Of a stretch of 64,000 bases of DNA, positions 1-9,969 are shown piece after piece. Every line of letters starts with the position of its first letter. Positions within the stretch are counted from its first letter, which is position 1. The stretch comes from Deltaproteobacteria bacterium (GTDB taxonomy: Bacteria; Myxococcota_A; Polyangia; Polyangiales; Houyiibacteriaceae). The position numbers were made by a program, and so were the translations under genes. The notes under the pieces were generated by a model, which saw only the letters and a program-made list of their open reading frames with translations, was not told where the DNA came from and did not search any database. The DNA lies in contig JAXMNT010000004.1 in assembly GCA_034670305.1 (NCBI GenBank), positions 192,001 through 256,000 of the forward strand, read 5' to 3'.

Positions 1-506
1 TCCACGTCGAGATCGTTGGCGTGGGGCTGCACCGCGTCGAGGATCCGGTTTCCATCCGTGGGCCCGACCCGGCCCGCGGCGCCACGCCCGTCCCCCGGCT
101 CGGTGACCTCGGGCGCGCGCCACGGTTCGACGACCGGTGGGCAAGTCGACGCCATCGGCGCCTGGAACCAGCCCTCGACCGGCCCGAGCACGTGCACCTG
201 GGCGCCTTCGGCCTCCGCCACGACTTCGGCGCCCGACGCGAGCAGGATCCGCTCCTCCTCGAGGGGAGGCACCTCCGGATCGGGTCGGCCTTCGATCCCG
301 GCCAGCATCGCGCCATCGACCGGCCCAAGCCGAGTACAGGTCCGGGGGGGTGCGGTCACGGCTGGGGTGGCGGTGGCCACCGGATCGGGCTGAGGCGTGG
401 CCGGGGGGGTCGCGCCTGAAGCCGGGCCACACCCGCCCAGAATCACGAAAGCGACGCCAAAGGGGCCAAGCGAGCGGCTTGGCGTTCTTCGAAGGAAATC
501 CAACAT
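1..506 (-). CDS. Putative lipoprotein, 5' part only (runs off the window start)
   Basis: Hand translation from ATG 506: MLDFLRRTPSRSLGPFGVAFVILGGC (lipobox-like LGGC), then a Pro/Thr/Ala linker; no stop seen toward position 1; divergent from ffh. Confidence 0.55.
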   Translation of the reverse strand, partial: MLDFLRRTPSRSLGPFGVAFVILGGCGPASGATPPATPQPDPVATATPAVTAPPRTCTRLGPVDGAMLAGIEGRPDPEVPPLEEERILLASGAEVVAEAEGAQVHVLGPVEGWFQAPMASTCPPVVEPWRAPEVTEPGDGRGAAGRVGPTDGNRILDAVQPHANDLDV

Positions 507-552
507 CGGCGGCAATGTCCCCCGCGGGGGGCTCCAGGATCAAGGGGCCGTG

Positions 553-582
553 TTGCACGGTGTCGAACCGGCGTGCTACCTC
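553..582 (+). promoter_or_regulatory. Putative housekeeping promoter for ffh
   Basis: TTGCAC at 553 and TGC-TACCTC (extended -10-like) at 574-582; the same TGCTACCT precedes rpoZ. Confidence 0.3.
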
Positions 583-601
583 GCCGTTCCCCTACAAACG
601 C

Positions 602-2227
<1,626 letters not shown>

Positions 2228-2235
2228 GAGGCACG

Positions 2236-3699
2236 ATGCAGATGCGGCGTACGTTCAACGTGTGGGGGAGCGCCTTGCTGGCGCTGGCGACGACTGTGGC
2301 GACGACGGGATGTGTGGAGCGTTCGCGCGAACTCACCCGCACCGAGCGCGAACAACTCGCGCAGTACGTCTCGGAGACGGCGACGACGCCGCAGCACGAG
2401 CTCGACATCTCGTTCGAGGACAAGGTCTTCCTGGTCGGCTACGACCTGAGCAGCGAGACGTGGACCCCGGGCCAAGAGATGACCATCACCTGGCACTGGC
2501 GCGTCGAACGCGCGCTCGAAGACGGCTGGAACCTCTTCACCCACGTGGCCGATGCGAACGACTCGAGCCGGCTCAACGAAGACGGCACCGGCATCGTGCG
2601 CGAGCTCTACCCGCCGGGCCGCTGGAAGGCCGGCGAGCACATTCGGGACCCGCAGCCGATCACGCTGCCCGCCGACTGGAGCGCACCGCAAGCGGTGGTC
2701 TACCTCGGCCTGTGGAACGGGCCGCACCGCCTGCGCATCACGCGCGGTGCGAACGATGGAGACAACCGCGCGCGCGCCGCCTCGATCCCGACCGGCGTGA
2801 GCGCCGCCAACACCAACCGTGCCCCGACCGCGCCGCAGGTTCCGTCGGTCGTCGCCAACGCAGTGGCGGACAGCGCCATCACGCTCGACGGCAACCTCGA
2901 CGAGCCGGCGTGGGTCGCCGCGACTGCGACGAGCCCCTTCGTCAACACCATGAGCGGCGGAGCGGCCGAGTTCCGCGCGACCGCGAAGGTGCTCTTCGGC
3001 GACGAACACCTGTACGTCGGATTCGTGGTCGACGACGACTTCCTCAAGAGTGAGTTCACCGACCGGGACGACCATCTGTGGGAAGCGGACTGCGTCGAGA
3101 TCATGGTCGACCCGGACGGCGACGGCCGGAACTACTTCGAACTCCAAGTGAACCCGCGCAACGCCGCGTTCGACACGCGCTACGACAGCCGCCGCAACCC
3201 CGGCCCGATCGGCCACGACGACTGGGACAGCGGCATCCGCTCGGCCGTTCAGGTGCGCGGCACGATCGACGACGACGAAGAAGACCAGGGCTACACGGTC
3301 GAGATCGCGATTCCTTGGACCGGCTTCGCGCAGGGCACACCGCCCGCGACCAAACCGAGCGCCGGCGATCACTGGCGCGTGAACTTCTACGTGATGGACT
3401 CTCGTGAAGAAGGCCAGCGCGCCGCCGGTTGGTCCGCGCCCCGCGTCGGCGACTTCCACGTGCCGGCCCGCTTCGGCCGCGTGAACTTCGGCACCCCGAC
3501 CGCCGCCGCGCCCACCGCCGCGCCCACCGCCGCGCCTGCCGCCGCCGGCCCCGCAGGCACGCCCATGCTCGCCCCCCAAGTCCAGCGCGCCCTCCAAGCC
3601 GTCCGCGCCCGCGAAGGCCAACTCCGCCAAAACGCCCTCGACCCCGACCGCGCCGCCCCCGGCGAGACGATTCGAAACGTCCCGACCGCGATGGAGTAG
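2236..3699 (+). CDS. Lipoprotein with CBM9-like (DOMON-like) carbohydrate-binding domain
   Basis: Signal peptide ending TTGC; ITLDGNLDEPAW, DCVEIMVDPDGDG, YFELQVNP, YTVEIAIPW, WRVNFY motifs; 8 nt after the ffh stop. Confidence 0.75.
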   Translation: MQMRRTFNVWGSALLALATTVATTGCVERSRELTRTEREQLAQYVSETATTPQHELDISFEDKVFLVGYDLSSETWTPGQEMTITWHWRVERALEDGWNLFTHVADANDSSRLNEDGTGIVRELYPPGRWKAGEHIRDPQPITLPADWSAPQAVVYLGLWNGPHRLRITRGANDGDNRARAASIPTGVSAANTNRAPTAPQVPSVVANAVADSAITLDGNLDEPAWVAATATSPFVNTMSGGAAEFRATAKVLFGDEHLYVGFVVDDDFLKSEFTDRDDHLWEADCVEIMVDPDGDGRNYFELQVNPRNAAFDTRYDSRRNPGPIGHDDWDSGIRSAVQVRGTIDDDEEDQGYTVEIAIPWTGFAQGTPPATKPSAGDHWRVNFYVMDSREEGQRAAGWSAPRVGDFHVPARFGRVNFGTPTAAAPTAAPTAAPAAAGPAGTPMLAPQVQRALQAVRAREGQLRQNALDPDRAAPGETIRNVPTAME

Positions 3700-3715
3700 C
3701 GACCCCGCGCGCGGC

Positions 3716-4058
3716 CGGATTCGGATTCGGATTCGGATTCGGACACCGAGGGCAAGGGCACGGGCAAGGGCAAGGGCAAGGGAGCTGCGGCATCCTCTCC
3801 TTCGGATTCGGATTCGGATTCGGATTCGGATTCGGATTCGGCTTCGGCTTCGGATTCGGCTTCGGGATCGGCTTCGGCATCGGCTTCGGCTTCGGCTTCG
3901 GCTTCGGCTTCGGTAGCAGCAGCAGCCGCAGAATCAGCCGCAGAATCAGCAGCAGAATCAGCAGCAGAACCAGCAGCAGAATCAGCAGCAGAACCAGCCG
4001 CAGAATCAGCAGCAGAATCAGCAGCAGAATCAGCAGCAGAATCAGCAGCAGAATCAGC
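3716..4058. repeat. Composite simple-sequence-repeat block filling a convergent intergenic gap
   Basis: (TCGGAT)n 3716-3743, (GGGCAA)n 3750-3782, (TTCGGA/TTCGGC)n 3801-3913, (AGCAGCAGAATC)n 3914-4058. Confidence 0.95.
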
Positions 4059-5457
4059 GCGGCGAGTCGCGCCGGTCCAGCCACACGTAGTGGTAGCCGT
4101 CTGTGTAGCGGATGGTCTCGCGGTAGACGTAGTGGCGGCGCACGTACGCCGAGGCGGCGAGTCTTCGCTCCACTGGGTAGCCGGCCAGACGGGTCAACCG
4201 CCCTTCCGAGTCGACGGTCGGCGGAACGGCGCTGTGCAGCAGGATCACCTCGGGTGCTTCCTCCGCGAGCCAGCCGATGGGCACGTCCTTGTCGAGGTGT
4301 CCGCCGGGCGCATGTGCGACCACCGGCTCGGTGATGCCGCCGAGATCCAGGACCCGCACATCGGAGTCCCAGGTGAAGTAGCCGATGTCGACGAGCGCCA
4401 CCGAACGCAGTCCGCGCACCTGAGCGCGGAGCGCCAACGCATCCGAGCGCGCCTCGCCCGCGTCGCGCACGTGCGGCAGTTGCAGCCACGCGTCTCCGAT
4501 CCCAGCGCACACGACCCACGCGCAGAATACGAAGCGCAACGCAGGCGACGCGGGCAGTGCACGCACCCCGCGCGCGACGAGCCACGCATACGCGGGCAGG
4601 AGCGGCGCGAAGAGCCGCCACCCGGGCATCCAGTCGCCGCCAGCCAGTGCGACCGTGGCGAGGTGCACCAAACACGCGAGCACGAGACCCCGCGCGTCGC
4701 CGCCGGTGCGCCACGCCAGCGCCGCCACGCCCACCCCGACCCCACCGGTGAGGAACATCAGGCCGTAGAACACATACTGCGCGCCAGCGCCTGCGTCGCC
4801 GGCCTTGGCGAACATCGGGAGCGGAAAAACCGACTCGAACAGCGCGAGGCGGAACCCGACCAGCAGCACCGCCGGCACGAGCGCGCCGATCCACGCGACC
4901 CGTGATCGTTTCGCGATCAGCAGCAGCAGCGCGAACGGCGCGAGCTCGGGGCGAAGCCAACCGGCGAGTCCGAGTGCGACGCCCATCGCGATCGCGTCGC
5001 GGCGTTCCCGCCCGGCGTAGCCCACGACGGCCACCGAGGTCGCCAGCACCGCGCCGCCGGTCTCGAGTCCTGCGCCGCCCCAGATGCCGAGGGTGGACTG
5101 GCTCGCGAGCACGAGCGCCGCGAAGGGCGGCGTGTGTCGAGCCAGCCACCAAGCCCCCGTGGCGGCGGCTGCGAGCCCAAAGGCTTTCTGAAACGTCGGT
5201 GCACCGATGCCGGTGAGCTCGCCGAAGGCCGCGGGCAACATCCAGAGAGGGCCGGTGATTCCGTCGGTGGGGGGCCCGTCGATAAAGGTCCATCCAAGGC
5301 CACCGCACAGCCGCTGCGCGTAGCGGCTCACGACGAACGCGTCGTCCACCGTGAAGGGCCACGCGAAGAGCCCCACCCCGATCACCGCGAGCGCGGCCGC
5401 CACCGCACGCCACGCCTGTCGACGGTCTCCGTCCGATCGGTGCGCATCTTTCACCAA
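4054..5457 (-). CDS. Polytopic membrane protein, putative GT-C glycosyltransferase (AftB-like family)
   Basis: TVDDAFVVSRYA after TM1, GLETG, LRPE, GGDWMPGWRLFAP motifs; many hydrophobic segments. Confidence 0.6.
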   Translation of the reverse strand: MVKDAHRSDGDRRQAWRAVAAALAVIGVGLFAWPFTVDDAFVVSRYAQRLCGGLGWTFIDGPPTDGITGPLWMLPAAFGELTGIGAPTFQKAFGLAAAATGAWWLARHTPPFAALVLASQSTLGIWGGAGLETGGAVLATSVAVVGYAGRERRDAIAMGVALGLAGWLRPELAPFALLLLIAKRSRVAWIGALVPAVLLVGFRLALFESVFPLPMFAKAGDAGAGAQYVFYGLMFLTGGVGVGVAALAWRTGGDARGLVLACLVHLATVALAGGDWMPGWRLFAPLLPAYAWLVARGVRALPASPALRFVFCAWVVCAGIGDAWLQLPHVRDAGEARSDALALRAQVRGLRSVALVDIGYFTWDSDVRVLDLGGITEPVVAHAPGGHLDKDVPIGWLAEEAPEVILLHSAVPPTVDSEGRLTRLAGYPVERRLAASAYVRRHYVYRETIRYTDGYHYVWLDRRDSPR

Positions 5458-5471
5458 CGCGCCGTCATCCC

Positions 5472-6626
5472 ATGCATCGGACCGCCCACCTTGGACTCCG
5501 ACGCGGTCTGGCCCACACTCCGTGGGTGCAACCCGCCCGCATCGGCAAATACGTGCTCGAGCAGAAGCTCGGCGAGGGCGCCAACGGCCAAGTCTACGCG
5601 GGGCGCGACTCGGTCTTGGGTCGGCCCGTCGCGCTCAAGTTGCTTCACCCACGGCTGACCAGCGACGCCACGATCCTCGGGCGGTTTCGTTCGGAAGCCG
5701 AAGCCATGGCCCGCTTGAATCACCCGCACGTGCTGACCGTTCACGACTTCGTCGGCGATCGCAACGAATGGGCGATCGTCATGGAGCTCATCGAAGGCGG
5801 CGAGACCCTCGAGTCCGTGCTCGCCCGCGAAGGCAGGCTTCCCCCCGCGCGCGCGGCGGCGCTCCTGCGCGACGTCGCCGATGGCCTGGCCCACGCGCAC
5901 GCGCACGGCATCGTGCACCGCGACATCAAGCCGGCGAACGTGATGGTCACCCACGTGGGCAAGAAGGAGATCGCGAAGCTCACCGACTTCGGCATCGCGC
6001 GGGTGCTCGACCAGCAGCGCCAGACCGCGATGAACACGACGCTCGGCACGCTCTACTACATGTCTCCGGAACAAGCCGGAGACGCCGCGGTGGATGCGCC
6101 GGCCGATCTCTACTCGCTCGGTGTGAGCGCGTTCGAGCTGCTGACCGGCTCGGTCCCGTTCGAATACGACTCGCCGGCGCGGCTCATCCGCGCGCACCTC
6201 GAAGAAGTGCCCCCCCGCGTGTCGACGATCGTGGCCGAGATGCCACCCGAGTTCGACACCTTGGTCGCGCAGATGCTCGCCAAGGATCCCGCGCAGCGAC
6301 CGGCCAGCGCGGAGATGGTCGCGCAATCGCTCGAGCCGCTGATCGAAGCGCGGCCGTCCGGTTCGCCGGCCCACCCGATGGCGTTCGCACCCACCGCCGC
6401 GATGGCCAGCACCCCACCGGCCGCCGCGACCCGCACGGCCGAAGGACAGGCATTCACGCGAGGCGACACCCACCAGCCCGGTCCAGGACAGTCCGGCAGC
6501 GGCGGGTCCACGTCGATGGGTGTGCGCACCGACGAAGACAAACTGGCGCTGAAGATCGCGCTCGGCGTCGTCGTGTTCTTCCTCGTGGTGTGCATCGGCG
6601 GCATGGCGCTCAACTGCGCGCTGTAA
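5472..6626 (+). CDS. Hanks-type Ser/Thr protein kinase with C-terminal TM anchor
   Basis: LGEGANGQV, VALK, HRDIKPAN, DFG, YMSPEQ, DLYSLG; hydrophobic C-terminus; alternative start GTG 5526. Confidence 0.93.
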   Translation: MHRTAHLGLRRGLAHTPWVQPARIGKYVLEQKLGEGANGQVYAGRDSVLGRPVALKLLHPRLTSDATILGRFRSEAEAMARLNHPHVLTVHDFVGDRNEWAIVMELIEGGETLESVLAREGRLPPARAAALLRDVADGLAHAHAHGIVHRDIKPANVMVTHVGKKEIAKLTDFGIARVLDQQRQTAMNTTLGTLYYMSPEQAGDAAVDAPADLYSLGVSAFELLTGSVPFEYDSPARLIRAHLEEVPPRVSTIVAEMPPEFDTLVAQMLAKDPAQRPASAEMVAQSLEPLIEARPSGSPAHPMAFAPTAAMASTPPAAATRTAEGQAFTRGDTHQPGPGQSGSGGSTSMGVRTDEDKLALKIALGVVVFFLVVCIGGMALNCAL

Positions 6627-6674
6627 CGAACCCGTCGCACGTGCACCAGGCCCGTGGTGGGCTTCAGGAAGCGG

Positions 6675-8168
6675 CTATTCGGGGACGCGGCCGCCGTGGC
6701 CGACGATGTGCACGCGGTGCTCTTCGATGCCTTCGACGAACGGATGCGCGACGTCGGGATCGAACTGCGACTTCGAACAGCGCTTGATCTCACTCACCGC
6801 GACTTCGTGCGGCAGCGCTTTGCGGTAGGCGCGGTCGCTGGTCATCGCGTCGTAGGTGTCGGCGACGGAGATGATGCGCGCGATGACGGGGATCTCCTGC
6901 GCCTCGAGCCCAAGTGGGTACCCGCTGCCATCCCACCGTTCGTGGTGCAGATGCACGCCCGGAATCAGCGGATGGAGAAACGAGATCGGTTCCAGGATGT
7001 CGCGGCCGAAATCCGGATGACGTTTGAAGACGTCGTACTCTTCTTGGCTGAGCTTGCCGGGCTTGTTCAGGTTCATCACGCACCCGATCTTGCCGATGTC
7101 GTGCATGAGCGCGGCTTGCCGCACGATCTCCACCGTCTCGTCGTCGAGGCCGAGTTTGATCGCGAGCACCTGCGCGTACCCCGCCACCCGCTCCGAGTGT
7201 CCGGCGGTGTAGCGGTCCATCTTGTCGATGGCGCTCGCGAGTCCGCGAATCGTCTGTTTGAACGTCGACTGCAGGTCTTCGTAGAGGCGGGCGTTCTCGA
7301 TCGCCGCACTGGCGCGATCGGACACGATGCTGAGCAACTTGCGCTGCCCTTCGTCGAATCGGCGGCCCCGGACGTACGAGACGACCGCGAGAAATCCGAT
7401 GACTTCTTTTCGAACCCGGAGCGCCGTGATCAGCACCGCGCTCGGCCGTGGATGGTCGGGCAAGTCCGCGAAGTACTGGAGTGCAGTCTCTCCATGCGCG
7501 CGCAGATGCGGCTCTTCTTCGAAGTGCAAGAGCAACCGCTCCGGGTGCAGCTTCGGCAGTTCGTCGATCGTGAAGCCGAAGTCGTGGGAGACGTCGTTGA
7601 TGCGTTCGAAGAACCCACCCTCGCCGTTCTGCAACATGATGATGACGTGGTCCGCGTTGACCTCGCCGAGCGCGGCTTCGTGCACGGTGCCGAGCACCTG
7701 ATCGAGCGAGAGGCTGGACGCGATGGCTTCGCTGACCTTGTAGAGCGAGAGCGCTTCCTTGAGACGCATGTTCTCAGCGCGCAGCTTCTGCTTCTCGAGT
7801 CCGCGCCGAATCGTGTGCACGACCTCCTCCACCTTGAACGGCTTGAGGATGTAGTCGTACGCCCCGCGCTTCATCGCATCGATGGCGGTCTCGACCGTGC
7901 CGAAGCCGGTCATGATCACGGTGACGACGTGCGGCGTGTGCTTCTGAATCGCCTCGAGCAGTTCCAGTCCGCCCATCTTCGGCATCTTCAGATCGGAGAG
8001 CACGAGGTCGTACCGACTCCGGCTCAACTCGACCAGCGCCTCCGAGCCGTCGGCGGCCGTGCGTACGAGGAAGCCCTCCATCGAGAGAAAATCCGCAAGG
8101 ATCTCTCGGATGACCTGCTCATCGTCCACCACCAGGATGCGTGGAGCTTCGTCGCTGGATTCCGCCAT
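6675..8168 (-). CDS. REC-GAF-HD-GYP cyclic dinucleotide phosphodiesterase
   Basis: ILVVDDE..SDLKMP..KPF receiver; GAF ending AIENARLY; HSERV, HDIGKIG, HHERWDGSGYP. Confidence 0.92.
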   Translation of the reverse strand: MAESSDEAPRILVVDDEQVIREILADFLSMEGFLVRTAADGSEALVELSRSRYDLVLSDLKMPKMGGLELLEAIQKHTPHVVTVIMTGFGTVETAIDAMKRGAYDYILKPFKVEEVVHTIRRGLEKQKLRAENMRLKEALSLYKVSEAIASSLSLDQVLGTVHEAALGEVNADHVIIMLQNGEGGFFERINDVSHDFGFTIDELPKLHPERLLLHFEEEPHLRAHGETALQYFADLPDHPRPSAVLITALRVRKEVIGFLAVVSYVRGRRFDEGQRKLLSIVSDRASAAIENARLYEDLQSTFKQTIRGLASAIDKMDRYTAGHSERVAGYAQVLAIKLGLDDETVEIVRQAALMHDIGKIGCVMNLNKPGKLSQEEYDVFKRHPDFGRDILEPISFLHPLIPGVHLHHERWDGSGYPLGLEAQEIPVIARIISVADTYDAMTSDRAYRKALPHEVAVSEIKRCSKSQFDPDVAHPFVEGIEEHRVHIVGHGGRVPE

Positions 8169-8275
8169 TTTCGCTTCTGCAGTTAGTTCTTTCGCACAAC
8201 TGGTGTCAACCATGACCCGCACCCGCGGTGCTGGGGTCGTTTGCCGGTGCGTGGCACACCTGATACGAGCGTTCA

Positions 8276-8923
8276 GTGGTTTCACACATCCGCCGTCGGG
8301 TCCCGCGCCGCATCCTGGTGGCTGGCTTGGCCTACGCCGCGATGACCGCCGCGGGGTTGTTCTGGATGCACGGCCACGCCCCGCAGGCGAGTTGGATCGA
8401 AACAATCTGGCCGGAGGTGACCCGGGGCAGTCAGATCGGACTGTCCCTGGGTGGGGGACTGCTCTTGGCGATGGCCACCATCGCCCTCAGCCGCGTCCTG
8501 GTTCGCCGCACCGCCTGGGCCCAGCGTCTGCACCTCGGGTTTCGGGACATGCTCGGCAACCTCTCGAGCGCCGAGATCGCGTTCTTCGCGATCAGCGCGG
8601 GGATCGCCGAAGAGATTCTATTTCGCGGAGGCATGCTCAATGCGTGGGGCTTCTGGCCAAGTGTCCTGATCTTCGGGCTCGCCCACGTGGCGCCCGACCG
8701 CCGCTTCTGGCCATGGACCGCCTCGGCGATCGTGGCCGGTCTGGCATTCGGCGCGCTGTACGCAGCGACCGGCGAACTCGTGGGGGTCGTGGTGGCGCAC
8801 ATCCTCATCAACTACGAGAACCTGCACTTCGTGCGCAGCTACGACCCGAGCCGCCGCGTGCCACGCACGCCCTCCGCCCCAGGCCTGGTTGGGGATCGGT
8901 TGCGCGTCGGCGGACATTCTTAG
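8276..8923 (+). CDS. CPBP (Abi/CAAX type II) intramembrane glutamic protease
   Basis: EEILFRG, FGLAH, HILIN motifs; several TM segments. Confidence 0.85.
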   Translation: MVSHIRRRVPRRILVAGLAYAAMTAAGLFWMHGHAPQASWIETIWPEVTRGSQIGLSLGGGLLLAMATIALSRVLVRRTAWAQRLHLGFRDMLGNLSSAEIAFFAISAGIAEEILFRGGMLNAWGFWPSVLIFGLAHVAPDRRFWPWTASAIVAGLAFGALYAATGELVGVVVAHILINYENLHFVRSYDPSRRVPRTPSAPGLVGDRLRVGGHS

Positions 8924-9084
8924 CAGGGCCACCGGCCAACGAATCGTCCAAATCCACCATCTTTTTCCAACCCGAACGTGTCCGGGGTACCGCTGCGCAG
9001 GGGTGGCGAGACCCGACCTGGACATCTTGGCAGTTGACTGCGGGTCGCCCGGCTTCCTAGGATTGGGGTCGACCTTGAGGACTT

Positions 9085-9969
9085 TTGGACTCTGACATCA
9101 AAACGCGGGTCACCCCGCTCGACGAGCTCAAGCTCCCGAACAAATCCGGCTCGGACTGTTTGGTCGTCATCTACAGCACCGACTCGCGGCAGTTGGGCAA
9201 ACGGCACGTGCTCGCCTCGCAGCCGGTGTCGCTTGGTCGGGGCAGCGACAACACCATCGTTCTGGAGAACGACAGCGTGTCCCGCCGGCATTGCCGCATC
9301 GAGAAACGTGGGCCTGGCTACCACGTGCAGGACCTGAACTCGACCAACGGCACCTACGTCAACGACGAGCTGATCAGCGACTACCAGCTGCGGCGAGGCG
9401 ACCAGGTCAAAGTCGGCGACACCATCTTCAAGTTCCTCAGTGGCTCCGACATGGAAGCCCAGTACCACGAGACCATCTACAAGATGACGATCGTGGACGG
9501 CCTCACTGGCGTGAACAACAAGCGCTTCCTGCTCGAGACGCTCGAACGGGAGATCCCACGCGCGCGTCGACACGAGCGTCCGCTCACGCTCGTGATGATG
9601 GACATCGACCACTTCAAGAACATCAACGACACCTACGGCCACCTCGCGGGCGACTACGTGCTCAAAGAGCAGGCGCAGCTCGTCAAGAGCCGGCTTCGTC
9701 CAGACGATGTGCTCGGCCGATACGGCGGCGAAGAGTTCGCGATTCTGCTTCCGGAGACGGCGCTCGAGGGCGGGGTCGCCATCGCAGAGGAACTCCGCTC
9801 GATGATCCAGGACCACTCCTTCAGCTTTGAGCAGGAGAAGATCCAAGTGACGATGTCGATGGGTCTCGCGCAACTCGAAGATGGCTGGGACGTGCCGTCG
9901 TTCATCAAACAAGCGGATGAGCGTCTGTACGCGGCCAAGCGCGAAGGCCGCAACCGAGTCTGCTTCTAG
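9085..9969 (+). CDS. FHA-GGDEF diguanylate cyclase
   Basis: FHA (LGRG, VSRRH, STNGT); DGLTG, DIDHFKNINDTYGH, RPDD I-site and GGEEF. Confidence 0.93.
   Translation: MDSDIKTRVTPLDELKLPNKSGSDCLVVIYSTDSRQLGKRHVLASQPVSLGRGSDNTIVLENDSVSRRHCRIEKRGPGYHVQDLNSTNGTYVNDELISDYQLRRGDQVKVGDTIFKFLSGSDMEAQYHETIYKMTIVDGLTGVNNKRFLLETLEREIPRARRHERPLTLVMMDIDHFKNINDTYGHLAGDYVLKEQAQLVKSRLRPDDVLGRYGGEEFAILLPETALEGGVAIAEELRSMIQDHSFSFEQEKIQVTMSMGLAQLEDGWDVPSFIKQADERLYAAKREGRNRVCF

Noticed and set aside
507-601. SRP RNA (ffs) next to ffh
   Set aside because: No SRP domain IV motif (CAGG..GGAA..GCAGC) recognisable here.
3429-4334. ORF with GFGF and SSRI repeats
   Set aside because: A stop-free read-through of microsatellites that overlaps two better-supported genes.
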